The translations under genes were made by a program, and so were the position numbers. A stretch of DNA of 64,000 bases. Origin: Candidatus Latescibacterota bacterium (GTDB taxonomy: Bacteria > Latescibacterota > UBA2968). Within the stretch, counting starts at the first letter, position 1, and every line of letters begins with the position of its first letter. Where the stretch lies: positions 1,440,001 through 1,504,000 of the forward strand of contig OZ242311.1 of the NCBI GenBank assembly GCA_965207885.1, written 5' to 3'. Of the stretch, positions 19,210 through 28,928 are shown in pieces. The notes beneath the pieces are model-generated. The model had not been told where the DNA came from, did not search any database, and was given only the letters and a program-made list of their open reading frames with translations.

Positions 19210-19738
19210 TGCTGTCTATTCCTTTAAAATCGAGATATAAACGACTGGGTTGAATACCCGTATTATTTTGATACTTTCCACTTTTGTAGGTCTCGAAATC
19301 GCCATCCAGCGTATGATAGTAAATCTGGCAGATTTCCACATTTGGATAGATTCGGACGGGTCGAATACAGAACATTTCCAAAGTCCAGTAGCCCGCGAAG
19401 CCTACATCGCCAAAACCTGCGGTTATGTGTACAAACAACCCCAATCTACCCACTGATGACCGCCCCTCAAGCATGGGGACATAATTATCCGTTCTGGTAA
19501 ATTCTACTGTCCTGCCAAGATAGAGCGTTTGGGGTTGCATCTCGTACCCATCATCCGGAATCTGTATAGATCGCGTGCGATTTTTCTCTTTCATATCGAG
19601 AACACCATCCTCGTATATCATAAGTTCATTGGCAAGTGACAGGTTATAGCTATTGGGATTGAGCCTGGCAGGATCAAATGGCTCAATAATGATATCCTTT
19701 CCCATTCGCTCGTGAATCATTTTTCCCGATAAAATCAT
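19199..19738 (-). CDS. dcd: dCTP deaminase
   Basis: MILS start, LNPNSYNL, EGRSSVGRLG, TAGFGDVGF.G.WTLE, GKYQ. Confidence 0.93.
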   Translation of the reverse strand: MILSGKMIHERMGKDIIIEPFDPARLNPNSYNLSLANELMIYEDGVLDMKEKNRTRSIQIPDDGYEMQPQTLYLGRTVEFTRTDNYVPMLEGRSSVGRLGLFVHITAGFGDVGFAGYWTLEMFCIRPVRIYPNVEICQIYYHTLDGDFETYKSGKYQNNTGIQPSRLYLDFKGIDSIES

Positions 19739-19752
19739 TACGCGCTCCCCGA

Positions 19753-20229
19753 CTATTCTACTTCTGGAAGATCCCTGTACATGATATGCATATAATCTGT
19801 AAATCCATGCTTTCTCCAAAATGAATATCCAACGGTATTCATAGAAGCCACTCGAAGTTCAACTCTGTCTATATCCTGAGACCGAAACCAATCCAACATC
19901 TCTTTTAGCATCAACTCTCCAATTCCCTTTCTCCTGTGTTCAGAAGAAACAGCCAAATCTTCAATAGTGCCACAGGTTTGCTTGATGAATACGGGAGGAT
20001 ATTTGTCAACTCTCGCTATTCCAAAGCCCAATGGCTTTGTATTCTCAACCGCCATAATCACAAGGGCATCCTCAGCTTCGATCAGTCTTTCCAGATTCTT
20101 ATCCATGCTCTCTTCTGCACCATCGGACAGAGTATATCTCGAATCAAACGGGACGTGAAAATCCATGAGTTCTTTCCAGATCTCGAGTATACCGGATATG
20201 TCAGATTTCAAAGCCCTAACAACTTCCAT
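19753..20229 (-). CDS. GNAT family N-acetyltransferase
   Basis: LAV..EHRRKGIG, N.....FWRKHGF. Confidence 0.9.
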   Translation of the reverse strand: MEVVRALKSDISGILEIWKELMDFHVPFDSRYTLSDGAEESMDKNLERLIEAEDALVIMAVENTKPLGFGIARVDKYPPVFIKQTCGTIEDLAVSSEHRRKGIGELMLKEMLDWFRSQDIDRVELRVASMNTVGYSFWRKHGFTDYMHIMYRDLPEVE

Positions 20230-20247
20230 TTCATCCTCTCCAATATA

Positions 20248-21060
20248 CTATCCGTCATTGACCACCTGACTATATATTTCCGTTTTTAAAACCTCCGAAA
20301 TTACAAAATCGAGAAAATCTATAGCCTCTTGTCTCGCGTCCAATTCAATACCGTATTGCCACGCCAGAGCATCCCCTACCAGATCACGCCATCTTTCTCC
20401 ATAATTCTCCTGCACCCATGACGCAGCCATCTTCTTTGAGCCAACAACGGAGCAAATTACAGTATGCAGTATTCGACACAGATTCAGAATGAAATACGCT
20501 TCGTGGTGGCTATCTCTAAACCACTCCGGAATAAATTTTTTCGGTGCCCATTCCTGAAACAAATCGCGCACGCAGGCTTTTCGCACATCCTCAACATCAA
20601 CCGGAGGCAACAGCTTCTTAAAACTCGGACCAAATAAAGCAATGGAATGACCATAAAGAAAATATTTGTTGATTATCCATTCATTTCCATAAGGTGCCTC
20701 CTCATAAAGGGTACAATCACCACCCCAATACCACGGTCTCGGCTCCGTTGGAGGCATAACACATGGGAGCATATCGACAGGCGTATAAGAACACTCTAAC
20801 CTCCGCGCCCATTTCTCAAATCTCCCTTCCATATCTCTGTGCAAACGCCCAATGGAATCGAGTTCACATCGAGAAACAGGTCGATGCACAATCACTATAA
20901 TATCAATATCACTGCTATGGTAGTTAAACGCCCCATGGGACAGCGAGCCAGTTAGATATATCCCGAGTACATTTTTTTCGAGAACGGGAATAACGCCTTT
21001 AACGAAAAAGTCTATAATCTCGTTCACATCTGAATATTTCGTAAGGTTGCCAGCAATCAT
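20248..21060 (-). CDS. AadA-like nucleotidyltransferase (DUF4111-type)
   Basis: GIYLTGSL..G.F...SSDIDI, Y.ILNLCR, SKK.A..W. Confidence 0.82.
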   Translation of the reverse strand: MIAGNLTKYSDVNEIIDFFVKGVIPVLEKNVLGIYLTGSLSHGAFNYHSSDIDIIVIVHRPVSRCELDSIGRLHRDMEGRFEKWARRLECSYTPVDMLPCVMPPTEPRPWYWGGDCTLYEEAPYGNEWIINKYFLYGHSIALFGPSFKKLLPPVDVEDVRKACVRDLFQEWAPKKFIPEWFRDSHHEAYFILNLCRILHTVICSVVGSKKMAASWVQENYGERWRDLVGDALAWQYGIELDARQEAIDFLDFVISEVLKTEIYSQVVNDG

Positions 21061-21082
21061 TGGATTGTCTTCGTCTATACTA

Positions 21083-21214
21083 TCACATCAACTTGCGTTT
21101 CATGAACACTGCAACTTCACCATCGACATCACTATTGGTATAATAGGACAAATCGACACCCTCGACTTCAAAACCGACGCTGCGATAGAAATCAATGGCT
21201 GGCACATTCGATAG
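21083..21214 (-). pseudogene. 3' stump of a GNAT gene (streptothricin acetyltransferase-like)
   Basis: Reads LSNVPAIDFYRSVGFEVEGVDLSYYTNSDVDGEVAVFMKRKLM* with no start; N.PAI.FY...GF is GNAT motif B. Confidence 0.8.
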
Positions 21215-21216
21215 GT

Positions 21217-22041
21217 CTATTTCGATCTATTCTCTTCCAACCAATCAACTGCGAAATCCACAACATCGCGTTGTGGCATGAGATGACAACTCGCGAGACC
21301 AACCTTGCCCTGACGCACCACTTTCCCTGTATCTGACCGCAAAAAATCCTCACCTATGCGATCAAAATCCGAACTATCGATGTCAACATCTTCAAAGGTA
21401 GCCCAGGTCCTTAAACCCGACGCAGAGATCGGAGCGCCCTCCTGCACAATGCGTTTGGTAGAAAAATTCGCCCGATATTCTGCAAGGTGCATAGACGTAT
21501 TATTTCCGTGACCTACGCCAAGAAGCAGGACAAAACCGTGCAAATCGTAGATTCTCGCAAGCGGCGAATGCTCACCCATGCCAAAAGATAGTGAATGATC
21601 ATTTACGATATACGACGCTTGAGGCCCATACGCGCAAAATGAGTCCAGCGGATGTGAACTGCGGAGAACCCTTCTCTGCTTGCGAAATGTCTCCGCAATA
21701 ATCCCCATAGCACGAGTTGGTGTAAGCGCCGGATCGTAAGCCGGCATAGTCTCGCGTATCACCGGCCACCACGACTCGGGCACAGGAGGACTTTCCCACT
21801 TGCTCGGCTCGCTCAGACCGGATGAATGGGCGGGCATCACAAGCGTTCCCGTAGAACCCAGAACTTTCTGAAGCGCGGTGACAACCGCCACGGCTCCTCC
21901 GCACACCCATCCCATAGCACTCAAAGACGAATGCACCAACACGACCATCCCCGGCCTAACACCAAGCGCGCGAAGATCTGTCTGCAACGATTCAATCGTA
22001 GCAGGCATTTTTGTTTTTTCAACAACCTTGTCTTCACTCAT
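21217..22041 (-). CDS. AAC(3)/YokD family N-acetyltransferase
   Basis: VHSSLSAMGWVCGG, MG.IAE.FR, RSSHP..SF, LLLGVGH..NTSMHLAE. Confidence 0.93.
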   Translation of the reverse strand: MSEDKVVEKTKMPATIESLQTDLRALGVRPGMVVLVHSSLSAMGWVCGGAVAVVTALQKVLGSTGTLVMPAHSSGLSEPSKWESPPVPESWWPVIRETMPAYDPALTPTRAMGIIAETFRKQRRVLRSSHPLDSFCAYGPQASYIVNDHSLSFGMGEHSPLARIYDLHGFVLLLGVGHGNNTSMHLAEYRANFSTKRIVQEGAPISASGLRTWATFEDVDIDSSDFDRIGEDFLRSDTGKVVRQGKVGLASCHLMPQRDVVDFAVDWLEENRSK

Positions 22042-22062
22042 TATTTTTTTCCACTGCACCAC

Positions 22063-22407
22063 CTATTTCGCAGCAATCACGACCATCTCTACAAGCGTAT
22101 CTCCCTCCAGCTTAACCTCCACACAGGCGCGCTGGGGCCAATTGTAGGGACCAATCCAGGCGTCCCAAACCTCGTTCAGGATGGGTTTCTTTGACATATC
22201 CGTGATATAAATCGTGACGGAAAGAAGACAAGACTTATCGGTTCCAGCCTCGGCGAGATTCGCATCCAACTGTTCGAGCACCTGCTGGGTCTGGCCCTTG
22301 AAATCTGCAGACACGTCCGGTGCGATGACAACCGTATAGACGATGCCATTGTGCTCAACGGACTTGCTGCGGCCAAATGCCTTTCCCGGGTACCGTTTGA
22401 TAGTCAT
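22063..22407 (-). CDS. RidA/YjgF family protein
   Basis: QTQQVL...D..L.EAGTDK, NEVWDAW, P.RACV, VEMVVIAA. Confidence 0.92.
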   Translation of the reverse strand: MTIKRYPGKAFGRSKSVEHNGIVYTVVIAPDVSADFKGQTQQVLEQLDANLAEAGTDKSCLLSVTIYITDMSKKPILNEVWDAWIGPYNWPQRACVEVKLEGDTLVEMVVIAAK

Positions 22408-22424
22408 AAATACTCCAATAGATA

Positions 22425-22478
22425 TTACAACATAAATTTTACTGATCTTGTGACAATTCTATCCACAAGATGGTTTCC
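22425..22478. repeat. 54-bp repeat with central TTGTGACAA, intact copy
   Basis: 44/54 identical to the IS4-interrupted copy (14700-14727 + 15934-15959). Confidence 0.75.
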
Positions 22479-22610
22479 GTGATGCACACGATAAGTTTTT
22501 TGGGAAGGACCAGGATGACTGGGATAATGGTCTGCGGATTGCCGAACCTGACCGAAAGATAAGAGAAAGGTTGAGTGGGCTGAGTAAGGAAAGGGTTGGG
22601 AATGGGTGTA

Positions 22611-22934
22611 TTACATCTCCTTGCGATCTGAATGCGTGCCCACTTTCCGAGCCGCAAATCTCATCATCTCATCTGAAAAATCGATAGCCACACACGTTGC
22701 TTTTGGATATTTCATCAGAACACAATTGAGAAATATACCCGTTCCACATCCCAAATCGAGCATTCGAAATTCCGTCTGGTCATCAAACGGAATAAAATCC
22801 ATAGCCAGACTGTGGTAAAATTCAAACATCTCAATCCGAACTGGTTGCAGGCGATCATAAGCCTCAGCACGGGTTGAGAATTGAACACTTTGAGATTTTT
22901 GGTTCTTTTGATTATTCATCATTTCGGCCATCAT
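22611..22934 (-). pseudogene. 3'-truncated class I SAM methyltransferase
   Basis: LDLGCGTG and IDFS..M present, but ORF ends at 107 aa, before the rest of the fold. Confidence 0.7.
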
Positions 22935-23691
22935 ACTTCCTTATTTTTAATTTTTTTAAATTTGATATGTACCCTTCTGCTTGATCACAAAACGCGAGAT
23001 ACTCTTCAGTTGAAATTGCTTCGGATTTGCGGATCTCTAACGCTCTATGAGCAAAATGATCTTTTCGATCTTTTAGATGATCAATAAGCCCTTCGTATGA
23101 TGGAGTGAATTTAAACCCATACGCTACTTCTGCCTCTACGAATGCCAGATGCAGCACCTGTTTGGCAAATGCTTGTGGGGAGAGCCTGAGCTTTCCATTC
23201 TTGCGACGGATGCTTTTAATACTGCGCTTGATGCCAATGAAATGGATGCTTGCTTCCTGTTTTGGTGGATAGGGCTTGATGGGAAAAGTAGTAAAATTGA
23301 ATTTTATGCCCCATAAATACATATAGAATGGTAATCGTTTTATCATTATGCGGATTGGAATCCAAGATGTTGCATTGCCCCTTTGATTGCCCCCTTGTAG
23401 TTCGGAAATGGTAATTCCTCTAAAACAAGATTTGATACCAAACCCAGGTTCAACAGACTCATCGAAATAGCTATTGAGATGGTCTTCTTCACAAAAATCA
23501 AACGTCTTAGCTACTATTCCAAGCAGATCTATATCGCTGGAAGGTAGTCGATCAGGAGTCAGAAAAGTACCCCCGAGATAAAGGGCAAGCAATCCTCTAT
23601 CGTGTAGCTTTGAAACAGTTTCTTCTGATACTCGATCGATAATAGCATGATGAAGATCATCTCTTTTGGAATTTGTTGACACTTGGGACAT
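22912..23691 (-). CDS. Hypothetical nucleotidyltransferase-fold protein
   Basis: LYLGGT......SSDIDL motif; AT-rich. Confidence 0.6.
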   Translation of the reverse strand: MSQVSTNSKRDDLHHAIIDRVSEETVSKLHDRGLLALYLGGTFLTPDRLPSSDIDLLGIVAKTFDFCEEDHLNSYFDESVEPGFGIKSCFRGITISELQGGNQRGNATSWIPIRIMIKRLPFYMYLWGIKFNFTTFPIKPYPPKQEASIHFIGIKRSIKSIRRKNGKLRLSPQAFAKQVLHLAFVEAEVAYGFKFTPSYEGLIDHLKDRKDHFAHRALEIRKSEAISTEEYLAFCDQAEGYISNLKKLKIRKYDGRNDE

Positions 23692-23747
23692 TTCTTCTCA
23701 ATGCAAGCAAAATTTAGTATGAATCTGACTGACGTAATCACCCAAAG

Positions 23748-24485
23748 TTACTTTGAAAACAGCAGACAGGCATCCACTCTGCTTACGAAACCTTGCGGCT
23801 GACGACTACACAAAATTTGCTGTGCTTTCATCTTAAATTCATCCGGGAGTTCATCCCAACTTTTCTTATTGAGAAAACCTATTAGATCTTTAGCTTCTCC
23901 AGTGAGACTCCCCTCACAAAAGAAATCCTTGATTGGTATTGGTAGAGTGTGTGTAAAGCACTCATGCTCAAATCCCTCTGAGGAGGCCCACTCTGAGAAA
24001 TTCTCTCCCGCAATCAGATCTTGGGTATATTGACTCAGTTCTTTCCGTAGCTCATCATCCCTGGATGAGACGGATATAAATAACTTCCCACCAGGTCTCA
24101 CCAGGTCTAACGCCTTCTGAAGCATGATGCGATCATTTCCTATCCGATACCAGGAATGAATAGAGATAACAAGATCATACTGATATTGAGATTCAAATGT
24201 TTGGAGAGTATCATAATGCCGTTCTATGATAAGGTGTTCGACATCATTCGCTTCAGTCTGGGCGTTAAAGATCCGGCTCGCGAATTCGGATAAATCTATA
24301 TAGCCCAACCTGATTCCTAATTCTTTGGCTAATTGGATCTCCAATTTTCCTTCGCCACTTCCTATTGAGAGCAGTGAAGACACGCCTCCCAATAATCCGT
24401 GGTCTTTGAATATCTGATAGAAAATCGCATCATTACGGATGAATTTTTCATATATCCTGTAATATATGGGCCAGAGTGACGACAT
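23748..24485 (-). CDS. Class I SAM-dependent methyltransferase
   Basis: LSIGSGEG, YDLVISIHSWY, VRPGGKLFI. Confidence 0.8.
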   Translation of the reverse strand: MSSLWPIYYRIYEKFIRNDAIFYQIFKDHGLLGGVSSLLSIGSGEGKLEIQLAKELGIRLGYIDLSEFASRIFNAQTEANDVEHLIIERHYDTLQTFESQYQYDLVISIHSWYRIGNDRIMLQKALDLVRPGGKLFISVSSRDDELRKELSQYTQDLIAGENFSEWASSEGFEHECFTHTLPIPIKDFFCEGSLTGEAKDLIGFLNKKSWDELPDEFKMKAQQILCSRQPQGFVSRVDACLLFSK

Positions 24486-24509
24486 AGTTCTCCTATACTC
24501 GAACCATTT

Positions 24510-25661
24510 TTATCTCAACCCCCTGGGAGCCAACTCCCCGATAGAACTCTCCAACCCATCCTCCGTATCCTCCTGAACCCGTTTCACAGACTCTGGCAGC
24601 GGTGTGTCGAATTGGTAGCCCGGATCAATCTCCTGCTTCTGCCAGGTCTCATACATCTCTCGCCACGCGCCCAAAAGCGTGCGCGGCTCTGGCATATCAT
24701 CGGCGACCTCCCGGTATAACTTCTTGAGGTTATAGCACGGGACACCGGCATACATGTGATGCTCCAGATGCCAGTTCATCCGCCAATAGAGAAACTCTGC
24801 GAGTGGATTGAGCGTCATCGAACGCACGCATTTGCGAAAATCGGGGTCATTGTCGCGCAGACCGCAGTGCTGTGGCAAACCGACGAAATAGACCCCCCAA
24901 TTCCCAATAAACGGAAAAAAGGTGACGAGAAGCGGCAGCACCCATAAACCCGTAGCAATAGAAACAGCCACCACCGATCCGTGAAAGAGAAGCAGCAGAC
25001 GCGACCACCACACCGACTTGCGTTTCTCGTCCGGCTGGTCCGCGTGCAAAGCCTGTAACCATTCGCGACTTGGACTCTCCGTGGAACCGATGATACCAAG
25101 CGCCGACTTAATCGTCACAAAAATCGTCGAAATCACCCCGCCCTTGCCAAAGGTGCGTCCCGGTTGCGTAAAAATATTCACCGTAAACATCTGTAACAAA
25201 AAGGTCGGATCAACCGATGGCTTCAGCGGCAGCAATACCTCTCGATCCCCCTCCGGATGCAGCGTATAGCGGTGGTGATAGGTATGGCTGGTGGCATAGT
25301 CGAACGGGTCCCACCAGCTCAAGAAACTAAACAAATACTTGAAAACCTTATTTAGCCACTTTGTGCGAAACACAGTACCGTGACCAAGCTCATGCGGAGC
25401 CACGCCCGAAAAAAAACTCCCGACTGTCCCGTGGGCGAAAAGCGCCACTGCAAATCCGATCCAGTTCTGTTGCGACCAGAAGAAATAGGTCAAAGCACCC
25501 GTACCCAAAAATAATGCGAAGTGCCCCCCAGCCTGAAACCATCCCTGCAAATCGCTCCGTTTTGAAAGCGCGCGAAGTTTGGCGTGGTCAATAGGACATC
25601 TATACCACTCGACCCGAAGATCTTTTCGCACGTCAGCAAGTGGTTGATAATTCGCGTCCAT
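24510..25661 (-). CDS. Fatty acid desaturase family protein
   Basis: His boxes HELGH, HTYHH, WHLEHH. Confidence 0.9.
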   Translation of the reverse strand: MDANYQPLADVRKDLRVEWYRCPIDHAKLRALSKRSDLQGWFQAGGHFALFLGTGALTYFFWSQQNWIGFAVALFAHGTVGSFFSGVAPHELGHGTVFRTKWLNKVFKYLFSFLSWWDPFDYATSHTYHHRYTLHPEGDREVLLPLKPSVDPTFLLQMFTVNIFTQPGRTFGKGGVISTIFVTIKSALGIIGSTESPSREWLQALHADQPDEKRKSVWWSRLLLLFHGSVVAVSIATGLWVLPLLVTFFPFIGNWGVYFVGLPQHCGLRDNDPDFRKCVRSMTLNPLAEFLYWRMNWHLEHHMYAGVPCYNLKKLYREVADDMPEPRTLLGAWREMYETWQKQEIDPGYQFDTPLPESVKRVQEDTEDGLESSIGELAPRGLR

Positions 25662-25676
25662 ATCTTTCTCTTCAAA

Positions 25677-26981
25677 TCAACGACTACAAACAGCACCATT
25701 GATAGTATCAAGAGCCGCTTTCACCTCACACCACGGAACCTCATGGGGCAACGTATCCGACAGAGTGGCTCTGGCCGCACAAACACCAGCAGCTTGTCCC
25801 ATTGCCACGGCATTTCCAGTCACCCGATAGCTCGAATGCGCTATAAAATCACCACTGATGCAACGCCCTGCCATCAGCAAGCCATCGACATCCCGTGCAA
25901 TCAGCGCCCTGAGAGGGATATCATAGGGCTGTGACCGATGCGGCTTCGCCTCCACAATCTTTGTTTTTTTCGGATCAGTCGAATGCACGTCAATCCCCAT
26001 CGTAACCCGACAGACCGCATCCTCAAACCGCGCACCCCGCAGAAGGTCCTCTCCGGTCACCTCGTACCGTCCGTGAATCCGCCGTCCCTCCCGAACACCA
26101 ATCTGCGCGCCCGTTGCCACCACGCGCATATCCGACCAGACACCGCCGTGCGCCCGCAAAGCAGCCACCTGTGTATGAATCTCTCGACGCGCGCGAATCA
26201 TCGCCTCTGTAATCGCATTGGCATCATCGCATTGCACGCCGTACTGATGATTCGCCATCAACGCGAACAAATTGTCCCTGATCCGAAACAACGTCGGATG
26301 ACCATACGAAGGCGAAACACCGATCTCCTCCATCAGCGCGCTCAACCTCTGCTTTGGCTCTACCATAGACCCGCCCACATAGGGTTCGATCTGATCGAAC
26401 TGCAACCCCGTAATCAACGCCATCAGGCTCATCGGCTGAACATCCCCGGTCTCCGGATGACCGACATCGAACCCGCATCCGCAAAGCGCCCCCAGATCAC
26501 CGTCGCCAGTCGCATCGACAAAAGCCTTCGCATGCCATGCTTCTCGTCCACTTTTGGACTCCGTAATCACGACCGAAAGCCTGTTCTCGCTATCCCGTGC
26601 TGCACCAACCACGCGCGTCAACAGCCGAATCTCAACACCTGCCTCGACACACATCTCGTCGAGAAGCAACTTCATCTCTTCGACATCATACGCGTAATTC
26701 TTTCCACCTTGGGCGCGAAGCCTGCGCGCATCCCGCGCGTCGAGCCGAGATGTAATCTCCGCCATAATGCCGGGCTTATCCGCCGAATCGATAATCCAAC
26801 TCAACGCACCTGTCGTCCACACACCCCCCAGGCTACCGTGCAACTCGATCAACCGCGTCCTGGCACCCTGACGCGCACACGCGATCGCAGCGGCAATACC
26901 AGCCGGACCCCCGCCACAAACGACCACATCCACATCTTCCACAATCGGAATGTCTCTTTTTTGTTCCTTATGCGTCAACAC
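25677..26981 (-). CDS. FAD-dependent oxidoreductase
   Basis: GGGPAG, DATGDGD, GVREGRRI, PYDIP..AL, AGRCISG, RVTG..MGQAAG. Confidence 0.9.
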   Translation of the reverse strand: MLTHKEQKRDIPIVEDVDVVVCGGGPAGIAAAIACARQGARTRLIELHGSLGGVWTTGALSWIIDSADKPGIMAEITSRLDARDARRLRAQGGKNYAYDVEEMKLLLDEMCVEAGVEIRLLTRVVGAARDSENRLSVVITESKSGREAWHAKAFVDATGDGDLGALCGCGFDVGHPETGDVQPMSLMALITGLQFDQIEPYVGGSMVEPKQRLSALMEEIGVSPSYGHPTLFRIRDNLFALMANHQYGVQCDDANAITEAMIRARREIHTQVAALRAHGGVWSDMRVVATGAQIGVREGRRIHGRYEVTGEDLLRGARFEDAVCRVTMGIDVHSTDPKKTKIVEAKPHRSQPYDIPLRALIARDVDGLLMAGRCISGDFIAHSSYRVTGNAVAMGQAAGVCAARATLSDTLPHEVPWCEVKAALDTINGAVCSR

Positions 26982-26994
26982 AGCAGCCTCCTAT

Positions 26995-28926
26995 TCAACT
27001 ACAGTACCTCTCCAACCACGACAACATCCTATCGAGATATTCCACGTGCAGCGCGGGATGCCCGCTCCTCCTGAACCCGTGGGACGATTTAGGAAAGCGC
27101 ACAAACTCCACCGTCTTGCCCTGTCGCTTCAGCGCGACAAAAAACTGCTCGGCCTGCTCGATTGGACAGCGATAGTCCTCCTCCCCGTGCATCAGCAACA
27201 CCGGCGTCTGCACCTCAGATACATACGTCAACGGCGACCGCTCCACAAGAGCCTCCACATTCTCCAGAACCGAACCCTGCCACTGATTCTCTCCAAACGA
27301 CACCCCAATATCTGACGTACCGTACATACTGTGCAAATTGATACACGGAGCACCGATCACCGCCGCCTTGAACCGATGGTCGTGACCGACAATCCAGCTA
27401 CTCATAAAACCGCCATAACTATAGCCGTGAACCCCCAACCGATCTGCATCCACATAGGATCGCTCGCACAGCAGGTCAACCCCTGCCATCAGATCCAAAA
27501 AATCTTCTCCTCCCCAATCCCCCAGCACCGCCTTCAGAAAATCTGGACCATAAGACGACGACCCCCTCGGATTCACCGCCAGCACAATATAGCCCGCACC
27601 CGCCAGAATCTGATGCGTGACATCGTACGAATCCGAAAACCGGCCATTTGGTCCCCCGTGAATATCCAGCACCAGCGGATATGACCTCGCCTCGTCGAAA
27701 TCCTGGGGAAACAGCACCCGCGCCTGAATCGTTTCGCCCCCCCGCTCGAACACCAACTTCTCCACGCGCGCACTGGGATGAGCCTCTAAAAACCCGGCAT
27801 TCACAGCCGTCACCGCGCGTTGTCGTTTCGCCCCCACATCCATCACCACCACATCGCACGGACACACAGGCGAAGTCATCACCATAGCCACCCGCGCACC
27901 CGTGCGGTCAACCGACAAACCCGTACAAACCCGACTGCCCCCATCCACAACCTCGGTCTGCAAAGAAGGAGCATCGGGATTCACCCGACACAAAAACGAC
28001 TCACCCGCCCTGTCACCGATAAACAAAATCTCGCCCTTCGGCGTCCAGCACCGCGGTGCAAGAGGTTGCACAACCGTATAAACATCACCCTCTAAATACA
28101 CCGGCGATTCGTCTTCCTCGAGCACAAACAACCACGACTGCCTTGAATCCCACACATCCGCGTCGTGAGAACCCGCAACCACCAGCCGCTTCCCATCCGG
28201 CGACCACGCCACGGACTCTGCGCGGCTCAACCCCTGCGACCAGCACCGCGACCTATCGCCCGCCTTGTCCATCACATGGACCTCTGAACCCCGCACAAAA
28301 TCGCGCTCCTCAACGCAATCCGTCACAAAAGCAATACGACTCCCATCGGGCGACCACGCCGGCACCCCGTGGTCGCCTTCCCCATCTGTAATCTGCGTCG
28401 CCTCGCCCGTTACAGCATCCACCAGAAACAACTGCGAAAATGCATCGCCTCGCCAACCACCCTCGTCATCGCGATACCGCACGCGACGGGCGACTTGCGT
28501 CCTCGGCACCTTCTCCTCGTCTTCTACCTCGCGATCTGGATCCACGCGAGACACAACGACAAACTCCGAACCATCAGGCGACCACGCCATATCCTTCACG
28601 CCATCGGGAAGCGTCGTCACCTCCCTCGCATCTCCACCATCGACTGGCATCACCCAGACCTGCTTTTTATCGTCCTCTCCCGAACGCAAAAAAGCCAGAG
28701 ACTTCCCATCAGCCGAAAGTCTGGGCGCACTGTCCCCTGGCTCCTGCGTCACATCGACAGCATCTCCCCCCACAAGCGACAGCATCGCGATCTGCGACTC
28801 CCGCTTCATCGTCTCCTTGTTGATCTCCTGCCGCACGAAAACCACAGCTGACCCATCTGCCGCGATCTCCACTGCCGATACTTCGATCAAATCGTACGTA
28901 TGCTCGGGTTTAATTGGCGACGACAT
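26995..28926 (-). CDS. S9 family peptidase (acylaminoacyl-peptidase-like)
   Basis: WSPDG propeller repeats, IHGGP, GYSYGG nucleophile, D.RC, HG. Confidence 0.93.
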   Translation of the reverse strand: MSSPIKPEHTYDLIEVSAVEIAADGSAVVFVRQEINKETMKRESQIAMLSLVGGDAVDVTQEPGDSAPRLSADGKSLAFLRSGEDDKKQVWVMPVDGGDAREVTTLPDGVKDMAWSPDGSEFVVVSRVDPDREVEDEEKVPRTQVARRVRYRDDEGGWRGDAFSQLFLVDAVTGEATQITDGEGDHGVPAWSPDGSRIAFVTDCVEERDFVRGSEVHVMDKAGDRSRCWSQGLSRAESVAWSPDGKRLVVAGSHDADVWDSRQSWLFVLEEDESPVYLEGDVYTVVQPLAPRCWTPKGEILFIGDRAGESFLCRVNPDAPSLQTEVVDGGSRVCTGLSVDRTGARVAMVMTSPVCPCDVVVMDVGAKRQRAVTAVNAGFLEAHPSARVEKLVFERGGETIQARVLFPQDFDEARSYPLVLDIHGGPNGRFSDSYDVTHQILAGAGYIVLAVNPRGSSSYGPDFLKAVLGDWGGEDFLDLMAGVDLLCERSYVDADRLGVHGYSYGGFMSSWIVGHDHRFKAAVIGAPCINLHSMYGTSDIGVSFGENQWQGSVLENVEALVERSPLTYVSEVQTPVLLMHGEEDYRCPIEQAEQFFVALKRQGKTVEFVRFPKSSHGFRRSGHPALHVEYLDRMLSWLERYCS

Positions 28927-28928
28927 AT

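Noticed and set aside
19199-19738. dCTP deaminase as an anti-phage defence gene
   Set aside because: Motifs are those of the housekeeping trimeric dUTPase-fold Dcd, not the zinc deaminase-type defence enzymes
23692-23747. Short frames in other gaps (LGDYVSQIHTKFCLH*; HGLKFNTHK* near 34790-34820) as more gene stumps
   Set aside because: No recognisable family motif; compatible with chance
25938-27074. 378-aa plus-strand ORF and similar shadows (5721-6560, 30113-30904, 38823-39635, 40333-41082)
   Set aside because: All overlap well-supported minus-strand genes and show no recognisable domains
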